IMG/VR virus record: IMGVR_UViG_3300008262_000201
Location: 224 to 64,223 of that record
Origin: a virus
Taxonomy: Duplodnaviria; Caudoviricetes
Direction: 5' to 3' (one strand)
Length of the DNA stretch: 64,000 nt
The position numbers and the translations under genes are program-made. Every line of letters begins with the position of its first letter. The first letter of the stretch is position 1. The notes beneath the pieces were generated by a model that saw only the letters and a list, made by a program, of their open reading frames with translations, ran no database searches and was not told where the DNA came from. Positions 25,919 to 33,115 of the stretch are shown piece by piece.

Positions 25919-27981
25919 TGGCTAATGAAAAATTAACCGAAGAACAACTTCGGGCTATCCAAGCAATGGGAGCTTCCCTATCCACATTGGGAATAGGGCC
26001 TGCAACAATGCTTCCCTTTCAAGACTTGTTGCAATCAAACGCAATTTCAAAAATTAAACAACAAGAAGCAATGCGGATGTTTCCGCAAGCTGACTCAAAT
26101 CTATTTGATTACACGCGCGGTGGAACACTGCCATATAAACAACCAATGTTAGCTAATGAAGTAATTCCATTAACTGAAAAAACTGCTAGTAGTCGAGTTT
26201 TTGATAAAGAGATCAAAACAAATTCTCCATTAAGTGCAAGAGAAATTTATAGAAGTAGATCATCTCTTCCTGAGTATTTAAGTGGGCGTCCAGGTGCTCC
26301 TAGTCCTGAGTTAGGTTCTTTTGCAAACGCTATTAGCAATAAAACAATTTTTCCAGAAGGTGATATACAAGCAATTACTGTAACGCCTGGTCCAAACCCT
26401 GGTCGTTTTGCACAAGATTATGCAGAAATCTTAGCAGATAAGTTAGGCAAAACATTAACTGAATATGAACAAGAACAATTAAACAGCGGAACTAATGTTA
26501 CAAAACTACAAAACAAAATTAAAGCATTAACTTCTAAAACACCAGGTACGGCTGGTTATATTTGGGGCAATGTAAAATATCCTCAATATAGTTATGCAGA
26601 AGGAAATTGGGGTCTTGGACAAAAACTAGCAGGAGAAAATCCTTCTATATATTTGTCAAGAATAAATGCTGATCCATCAAACGAAGCAAGGTATCTTTAT
26701 ACAGGTGATATTTTAAAAGGACAAGGAGGCATTGAGCCAAGGGTTCCTTTTAAACAATACGAAGATCTTGGTCCCGGTACAGGTCCCTCTTGGGGCATAG
26801 CTCCAAATAAAGACATCAGTTTTAGAAAAGATTTAATTGGTGCCAGGGGAGAATTAACAACAGGAGATTTGCAAGCACTGCTCGCTGAACGAGGATTGCC
26901 TTTTGAATATCAAGTAGAAGGTGATCGCTATACAAGAAAAAAACCTGGATTTGTATTACGAGCCAACTTAGAAAAATTAGCTAACTCTGAAAGCATTAGT
27001 CCAAGCCAGGCCGCTGAAAAATACGCGCGTTTGATTCCAAATGTAGGTGAACCTGTAATACCTCCAACGGCTGCGGTTAGCGCAAGAGTAGGGGAGTTTC
27101 CAGAACAAGGGCAAATGGCTAGCCCATTTGGTCGCTTTGCCGCCAAAACAGATTTACGGCAAATTGGCATCTTACCGCCAGGGGATAAAGCTACCTATAG
27201 TCCTTTTACAGTAGATGAATTTACAAATGTATTTCAACCTGAAAATACAAGATACAATGCAAGTTCCTTAAAAGAAATAACCCCATCAAAGGTAGTTCCG
27301 GCATCACCTGGATCTTTATTTGATGAAGACTTTATCGAAGGCAGTTACCAATTCAACATAAACAGAGATGTATTAAGACCTCAAGCTGCAAATAAACTCT
27401 TAAACAAAACAACTAAAACTTTAATTGAACAAGCAAAACCAGTTAGAGCTATGGGTCTTGGTGGTTTAGCTACAGGTGGAGTTTTAACTGCAATGGATCC
27501 TGCCGTTATTGATGCTTTGTCTCGTGGTGATTACCAACAAGCAGGGACAACTGCTGCATTAAACACTGCTATTGGTTCTGTTACAGGTGGCGCAACGGCT
27601 AAGGGTTTACAAGCCTTGCAAGCTGCTGGATACGCAAGACCTGCTGCTGCAATTGGAACTGTTCTTCCTGCAGTTGGTGGTGTTCTTGGTGGAGTTGGTT
27701 TAGCTGAAACTGGTAAAGCTCTTAACCGTGCATATCGTGCACAAACAGGTAAAGATTTTCCAACCAGAAATCAACCTATACAACCTACTCCCTACACAGG
27801 GCCAACTCCTTCTATACAACCACGGATGGGCAAAGCTGTTTTAAATAACAGGCTTGTTGACGTACCTTATGGTTCTGTAGCAGGAACCAAAACAGTTGGT
27901 CGTCCTTGGTGGGATAAAGCTGGATCCGCATTCCAGGGTTTACTAAATCGTTTTAATGCCGGCAGTATTGTTGGACGTTAA
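25915..27981 (+). CDS. large hypothetical protein with Gly/Ala-rich hydrophobic C-terminus
   Basis: 688-aa ORF with AT-rich codon usage. Confidence 0.75.
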   Translation: MMANEKLTEEQLRAIQAMGASLSTLGIGPATMLPFQDLLQSNAISKIKQQEAMRMFPQADSNLFDYTRGGTLPYKQPMLANEVIPLTEKTASSRVFDKEIKTNSPLSAREIYRSRSSLPEYLSGRPGAPSPELGSFANAISNKTIFPEGDIQAITVTPGPNPGRFAQDYAEILADKLGKTLTEYEQEQLNSGTNVTKLQNKIKALTSKTPGTAGYIWGNVKYPQYSYAEGNWGLGQKLAGENPSIYLSRINADPSNEARYLYTGDILKGQGGIEPRVPFKQYEDLGPGTGPSWGIAPNKDISFRKDLIGARGELTTGDLQALLAERGLPFEYQVEGDRYTRKKPGFVLRANLEKLANSESISPSQAAEKYARLIPNVGEPVIPPTAAVSARVGEFPEQGQMASPFGRFAAKTDLRQIGILPPGDKATYSPFTVDEFTNVFQPENTRYNASSLKEITPSKVVPASPGSLFDEDFIEGSYQFNINRDVLRPQAANKLLNKTTKTLIEQAKPVRAMGLGGLATGGVLTAMDPAVIDALSRGDYQQAGTTAALNTAIGSVTGGATAKGLQALQAAGYARPAAAIGTVLPAVGGVLGGVGLAETGKALNRAYRAQTGKDFPTRNQPIQPTPYTGPTPSIQPRMGKAVLNNRLVDVPYGSVAGTKTVGRPWWDKAGSAFQGLLNRFNAGSIVGR

Positions 27982-28232
27982 CTAGTCCAGTGCTCAAGCC
28001 TGTGGCAGTTGCAGCAAAGCGGAATACACTTCTCAATCTCTTGCTCAACCCTGCTCCAAGCGTAACCATGGTTAACCATGGATGAGATGTTATTGTCCTT
28101 GTCACCTATGTGGTGGAACTCAAGGACACGATGATCATTCAGCCCACACTTCTTGCACTGCAAAGTCTTCTTGTACTCCAGAAGCTTTTTTCGATTCTTA
28201 TCGATACGTTTTTTAGCAGTGCCCCAGGTCAC
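27978..28232 (-). CDS. small HNH endonuclease-like protein
   Basis: CKKCG..LEFHH...KCIPLCCNCHR. Confidence 0.8.
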   Translation of the reverse strand: MTWGTAKKRIDKNRKKLLEYKKTLQCKKCGLNDHRVLEFHHIGDKDNNISSMVNHGYAWSRVEQEIEKCIPLCCNCHRLEHWTS

Positions 28233-28306
28233 GTCTAGTTTTTGTGCACGTGTGCATATAATTTATCAGTTTTCTCAATAAACGTGGTTTATTGAGATTC
28301 TTAATA

Positions 28307-28382
28307 GCACCTGGGTAGGAGTCGAACCTACATCGTCCTGCAGCGGCAGTAACCGTCTTATCCAATTAGCTCGGACCAGGTG
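28307..28382 (-). tRNA. tRNA-like gene with a non-canonical anticodon arm (pseudo-tRNA?)
   Basis: Perfect acceptor CACCTGG/CCAGGTG and T arm GTAGG-TTCGACT-CCTAC; anticodon arm CTGC-CGCT-GCAG is aberrant. Confidence 0.55.
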
Positions 28383-28383
28383 A

Positions 28384-28454
28384 TCGGGATGGAAGGTACT
28401 GCCCCTTCTCCTTTGCGTCCCAAACGCAATGTGATACTTTTCTACTACATCCCG
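28384..28454 (-). tRNA. trnP: tRNA-Pro(TGG) with an atypical T loop
   Basis: Acceptor CGGGATG/CATCCCG, anticodon arm TTGCG-TTTGGGA-CGCAA, T arm GAAGG-GGCAGTA-CCTTC. Confidence 0.75.
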
Positions 28455-28455
28455 A

Positions 28456-28705
28456 GTGACCCCCTGGTTTGTGCATCATCCTGAAAACCATTTTGTTGAC
28501 GTCAACAAAATGGTCTACGTATAGGAGCTAAGCATAAGGGGTGTTGTTAATAGATGGATGCAGTGTAACTGGCGTACCGACAATCGGGCTGTGAGTTAAC
28601 CAGGCGTATCCAGACAGTGACTGCACCTCTATCTTGGGCTCTCCTTCTAGGCTATCTGCCTAACGAGTCACCCACGGCCCCATCGGAAAGAGAGGGGGAA
28701 CTCAA
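28456..28705 (-). ncRNA. putative multi-branched structured RNA upstream of the tRNAs
   Basis: Closing GTGAC/GTCAC helix and several nested stems; no ORF; strand inferred from the adjacent tRNAs. Confidence 0.5.
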
Positions 28706-28708
28706 TTA

Positions 28709-29380
28709 TTATACATCTTCATTAGGTGTTCTCCAAAAGTACTCATCGTTTTCTCCAAGACGACCCCACTTGGGGGCGTGTTCCACATCAAAGTAGCGTG
28801 TTGATACCTTGAAGTCTGGTGTCTTGAGGTTGTGATAACTCAATGATGGATCAACCATGCGACACCGATTGTTGGGATAAGCGCCAATTTGACCGTTGTC
28901 CAAAGCCACAATATTATGGGATTTGTGCTCATCAGGAAACTCCGAAAAGTAAAAATCAGGTTCGTTCCGATGAGGATGATAATTGTCTACGGTAAATAAA
29001 TATGTGCCCTTCATTACACCTGCGCTTCGTGTCAGGATTTCAAAACCCATGTTGAAGATTAAATTCTTTTCAACGATCGTAAGTCCATGGTCAAACCCAT
29101 TCCAGAACTGAAGGTCTGTCAACTCCAAGTCAGGTGTAGGTTCTTTGGGTTTGTCTGGATAGTCTGAGTCCCATGCAAGAAACGCACTGATAGGAAGCTT
29201 GTCATACAACGCTCCGTACTCAGTCAAGTACGCTTCAAAATACAGTGCTCGACCCGTAAGTGATTTACAGGTGACCCAATAGCCAGGTGTGTACTCACCA
29301 TGTCCTTTCTGAAGGTCGTACAGATATTCCTTGCGGACCCATACTTTGATTGGTGGTACGTTGGCAACAAGAGTTGTCAC
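28709..29380 (-). CDS. conserved cyanophage hypothetical protein
   Basis: N.PP..VWVRKEYLYD..KGHGE...GALYDKLPISAF...EHKS.N...L.NGQ..AYPNNR. Confidence 0.85.
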   Translation of the reverse strand: MTTLVANVPPIKVWVRKEYLYDLQKGHGEYTPGYWVTCKSLTGRALYFEAYLTEYGALYDKLPISAFLAWDSDYPDKPKEPTPDLELTDLQFWNGFDHGLTIVEKNLIFNMGFEILTRSAGVMKGTYLFTVDNYHPHRNEPDFYFSEFPDEHKSHNIVALDNGQIGAYPNNRCRMVDPSLSYHNLKTPDFKVSTRYFDVEHAPKWGRLGENDEYFWRTPNEDV

Positions 29381-29407
29381 AAAAAATCCCGGTTGTTATA
29401 CCGGGAT
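29381..29407 (-). terminator. intrinsic terminator
   Basis: ATCCCGGT-loop-ACCGGGAT followed by a T tract on the minus strand. Confidence 0.65.
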
Positions 29408-29514
29408 CATAGCTTCCTTCTCACCCAACTTGTTGCTAAGCACTACGTCTGTAACGTGAAGGAGCTTTCGACTATTGGCTCCAGAGCGATATTGCTCTGT
29501 ATGTCAGGATACCA

Positions 29515-29682
29515 TCATTTCTTCTTCTTTGCGGCTGCTTCCTTCTTCTTGGCAATCATCTCTTTAAACTTGTCGCGTGCAGCAGCTTGCTTGTCGGTAC
29601 CACCTGCTTTGCCCTTGGGAGGTACGGCTTTACCCTTGGGAGGAACTGCTTTGCCGCCTGCAGGTTTCTTAGCTTGTGCCAT
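29515..29682 (-). CDS. 55-aa Lys/Ala/Pro-rich histone-like basic protein (not in ORF track)
   Basis: MAQAKKPAGGKAVPPKGKAVPPKGKAGG...KKKEAAAKKKK; TATAAT upstream, terminator downstream. Confidence 0.7.
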   Translation of the reverse strand: MAQAKKPAGGKAVPPKGKAVPPKGKAGGTDKQAAARDKFKEMIAKKKEAAAKKKK

Positions 29683-29712
29683 GATTGTTAAGTAACTCTT
29701 TTGATTATAAAG

Positions 29713-29913
29713 TTACTTACCTTCTTTGTAACGACGAGCTGCACGTCCAGCTTTCTTGGCACGTTCAGTGTTAGGTACAAACTGTTTACCCTCTCTACTA
29801 CCAGCTCTTTTCTTCTGGTCAGTCTCCGCACGTTCTTCTTTAGACAGTGATGCCCACGCTTTCTCTGGGAGGTAACGCTTGGTGTAACCTTTTTGAATTG
29901 CTTTGTCTGTCAT
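29713..29913 (-). CDS. DUF5872-like, C-terminal half
   Basis: RYLPEKAW..LS.EE...TD.KK......GKQFV.NT. Confidence 0.7.
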   Translation of the reverse strand: MTDKAIQKGYTKRYLPEKAWASLSKEERAETDQKKRAGSREGKQFVPNTERAKKAGRAARRYKEGK

Positions 29914-30140
29914 GTTAAGGCAGCAGGTTTAAACTGAAGTGCATTCATAATTATTTCTTTTGTTCTTTGAGAATAATTACTATTTATAAGCTCAGTTAAT
30001 TTAAAAGGATATTGATATCTTAATGCCGCTTCTCTTACCTCAGGATTATTGGCGCTTTGTTTTGCAATCTCCTGCATAAAAGTTTGATTAGGAAAAGCGT
30101 CAGGCGTATAACCTGTTGAATACTTACCAGCTAGGTTCAT
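29910..30140 (-). CDS. hypothetical protein (MNLAGKY)
   Basis: Coupled by ATGA overlaps on both sides; AT-rich. Confidence 0.55.
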   Translation of the reverse strand: MNLAGKYSTGYTPDAFPNQTFMQEIAKQSANNPEVREAALRYQYPFKLTELINSNYSQRTKEIIMNALQFKPAALT

Positions 30141-30421
30141 TGTTTATTCTCTTTGTACTTCTTGGCAGCAGACTTAGCTTTACTACGTTTTTCATACTCG
30201 TCTTTGGTCTGCCATTTTTCTTCGCCCCACTTCTCCAAGGACTTTTGTTTCTCGCCTTTGCCACCTTTATATCCACCACCAGCTTCTTTGTACTCACTTG
30301 CAACAAGCTGAGCCTTACGTGCGGACCACTGCCCAGGCTTGCCACCTTTAGATCCTGCCATCACGCGATCTTTAATACGTTCGCGTAACTCAGGCTTAGT
30401 GTATTTATTCTCCTGAGACAT
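30137..30421 (-). CDS. DUF5872-like, N-terminal half
   Basis: YTKPELRERIK....GSKGGKPGQWSARKAQL....YK..GGGY. Confidence 0.8.
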   Translation of the reverse strand: MSQENKYTKPELRERIKDRVMAGSKGGKPGQWSARKAQLVASEYKEAGGGYKGGKGEKQKSLEKWGEEKWQTKDEYEKRSKAKSAAKKYKENKQ

Positions 30422-30549
30422 CAGGATTCGTAACTCTTTCTTCTAATATTTTAGCCCACTTACATGGACGTATTATTGCTTCTTCTATTTCCTTACTTTT
30501 GATGTAAGGAAATTCTTTCGTTAATCTTGCAAAGTATTTTTCGAGGCGT

Positions 30550-30759
30550 TCAGCCTCGGAAGGGATGTGGCACTTCATGATTGGTATCAAACTTCTCAAT
30601 GATCATGTCAATTTTTTCCAGTGAATCAAGACGACACATCAACTCCGTAATTGCATTGATAGTAACGGGGTGCTCAGTGCGTGCTGCAAAAGCAAGTGCA
30701 TCGCGCAGATGGCGACTTGCTTCATCCAAGGATCCTTTAACTTGATTAGAAAGAGCCAT
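30550..30759 (-). CDS. conserved cyanophage hypothetical protein
   Basis: MALS.QV..SL.EA...LR.ALAFAAR.E.P motif; start moved to the ATG of MALS. Confidence 0.7.
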   Translation of the reverse strand: MALSNQVKGSLDEASRHLRDALAFAARTEHPVTINAITELMCRLDSLEKIDMIIEKFDTNHEVPHPFRG

Positions 30760-30784
30760 TACTTTGCTAGGTAGTACAACTAGA

Positions 30785-31372
30785 TTAACACCAAATCCAA
30801 CCAATCTGATAGGAGTCAAAGTACGGTTCTACCCCCAAGGATTCCATCAGCTCATACACAAGGCGTCCCTTGCCATGGCGGCGACCGTCAGGTGCTTTAA
30901 TGTTGTCGTCCACCACAATCAAGGTGCTAGGCCCCAAGAGGCCAGACGCTGCAAACAATTCTTTTAGATGATGAGAAGCAGGCGCCCAATCATGATTCCA
31001 ATCTGTGATGTTGTACGAATCCAAGTACAAGAGAGATACATGGCCGTGCATCGTATCAAGAGCTTCGACAGAATCTGATTCAATAACTTCTGCATGCTTG
31101 GTAGATGTACGTGCTAGCTCACAAGCCTTTGGGTCAATGTCAATTGAAATCAGTTGACCTTTCCCACGGATGTCGATGTAGTTATCAAACAACAAAGTTG
31201 AGCAGCCATCTCCTGTGTAGTTGTTTTCCTCTCGGTACGTACCAGTCTCAACAATGATTGGCTCGTCACACGAGTCAAGGTGTGCAAAAATTTTTTCAAA
31301 GGTTTCTTTGCGAGCGCCTAGCTGTGCCTTAAGAGGAGCAAAATAAATATCCCAGGTACGCTTCTTGGTCAC
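30785..31372 (-). CDS. class I SAM-dependent methyltransferase
   Basis: IVETGT, SIDID, DSV..L, LLYLDS, IVVDD..GKG. Confidence 0.85.
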   Translation of the reverse strand: MTKKRTWDIYFAPLKAQLGARKETFEKIFAHLDSCDEPIIVETGTYREENNYTGDGCSTLLFDNYIDIRGKGQLISIDIDPKACELARTSTKHAEVIESDSVEALDTMHGHVSLLYLDSYNITDWNHDWAPASHHLKELFAASGLLGPSTLIVVDDNIKAPDGRRHGKGRLVYELMESLGVEPYFDSYQIGWIWC

Positions 31373-31530
31373 AGGTCTACGCGTGTGTATGGTACGTCCT
31401 GTGATTGTAGCTCCCTTTCGTACTCGTCAGCCTCAACGGTCTCCACGTCCTTGTATGCCAGGTTGACAAAACAACCAGTGCGGCACTCTTCGTCGAAGTC
31501 AAAATAGAACCGAGTTAAATTTGCAGTCAT
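31369..31530 (-). CDS. hypothetical protein
   Basis: MTANLTRFYFD..., the 3' part of track ORF 31369-31641. Confidence 0.5.
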   Translation of the reverse strand: MTANLTRFYFDFDEECRTGCFVNLAYKDVETVEADEYERELQSQDVPYTRVDL

Positions 31531-31793
31531 TTTCCAAAAACAAAACTTAGTTAAGAATTGCAACAACCATTTCCAAATTGCTGGCACAAGCCAGCCAAAA
31601 CAAGAGTAGTACCCCTGAACACCAAGTAAAAACTTGTTCATTGGCGGGATGCGACCTCCATGAAAAACAGGTAAGCATCCATGCTAATAACTACAAACAT
31701 AGCCCCAAGGATTGAAGCAATCGCGTAGTTGAATCCGTCCATGGCAGTAGGTTCCTTCATCTGTTAGACTAATAGTAATACACAAAACCATCA

Positions 31794-32648
31794 ATGGTTG
31801 CTAGACTAAATACGTCAGACCCTTGGATTAAAGCCAAGGACGAGCAACCAGAAGTCATGCGGTCGTTGAATAGGACCGCAGCCAGAATTTCTCTTAACGG
31901 TCGACGTCACTATACAACGCCGTTACCCACTGGTCCTGCGCCTTCCGTAACCACTATCATTGGCGAGACCGCTTCCGAAGCAAACAAGCGGAAGCTTGAA
32001 ATGTGGTCGAAAGCAAATCCCGGTGTCAAGGAAGCTGCCGCCGAACGAGGAACCGCAATTCACTATGGCATGGAACAATACCTCAAGGGGAATAAAACTC
32101 CGGATATTCCTGAAGAGTATTCCGATTTTTGGTCGGGAATGCCATCGATATTGGACCAGTTCCAGGAGGTCCTTTGGGCGGAATCGCCGGTACTTGACAA
32201 GTTTAATTTTACTATTGGGTCTGATGACGTGGCTCGTGTGTGGGGTTGCGATGATGAGGGACGTGCCTGGGCTGGTGCTCCTGACATCATTGCTGTGGCT
32301 AACGGTAAGCTTACTCTTGCTGACCTAAAGACCAGTGTCAAACCCTATAGCCGCAAGTGGCCTAAAGATTTGGAAAAAGGGTCCCAAGAATGGAGAGACC
32401 TGCTTGGTGGTCATATGAAATTTAAAAAGACTTGTAAGCAGCTCGCTGCCTACGACATAGCTATTGAGCAGACTCTTGGTATGACCGTCCAACAAGCGGC
32501 AATCTTGGTATCAACGCCTGTACGTACACAAGTCTTTAAGATCTCTCGGAATTTTCTTAACATGCTTCGAGAAGATTGGTACAAAATTGTAGATGAGTAC
32601 TACAAACAAATTGAAAACTGTAATGTATATGACGCAGATTTAATTTAA
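31794..32648 (+). CDS. PD-(D/E)XK exonuclease
   Basis: PSVTTI, AA.RGT.IH, AG.PD, DLKTS, QLAAY. Confidence 0.9.
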   Translation: MVARLNTSDPWIKAKDEQPEVMRSLNRTAARISLNGRRHYTTPLPTGPAPSVTTIIGETASEANKRKLEMWSKANPGVKEAAAERGTAIHYGMEQYLKGNKTPDIPEEYSDFWSGMPSILDQFQEVLWAESPVLDKFNFTIGSDDVARVWGCDDEGRAWAGAPDIIAVANGKLTLADLKTSVKPYSRKWPKDLEKGSQEWRDLLGGHMKFKKTCKQLAAYDIAIEQTLGMTVQQAAILVSTPVRTQVFKISRNFLNMLREDWYKIVDEYYKQIENCNVYDADLI

Positions 32649-33115
32649 ATCTATGCAAAGGGAGGCAAGCGCCTTACTAGAATAATGGCCTACAACCCCC
32701 AAGAGAAGATGGAGTGTCGGAAACGGTTGGCATGGACGATTGCTTGCGAGCGGGCCGTTGTTACAAAAGAAGATGCTGTAACGATTTACAACAGACTCAT
32801 GGATGAATTTAATGGGATGGATAAGAGAAATAAATATAAACAGAGTGAGTCCAATAAGTCTCAGTGATTTAACGATATCTTAGGAGACGTCCTGGGTTGG
32901 TGGCCGTAGGATGAAAAGACAAGCCAAAAACACATGAGCACCCACGTCATCGGCGTGGGCGAATGGATGCATACCCTTGTTAGCCGCATGGCCAATGCGG
33001 CGGATGGGGATTTGTTTTGTCTTCCAACGCCTATGCATTTACATGCTTACAACTTGGTAAAAGACGATCAATATCCCGATCGCAGCTTTAGAATCTCTCT
33101 TACCTACCCAACGAA

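Noticed and set aside
31794-32648. Cas4 / CRISPR adaptation
   Set aside because: No Fe-S cysteine cluster; ordinary phage PD-(D/E)XK exonuclease
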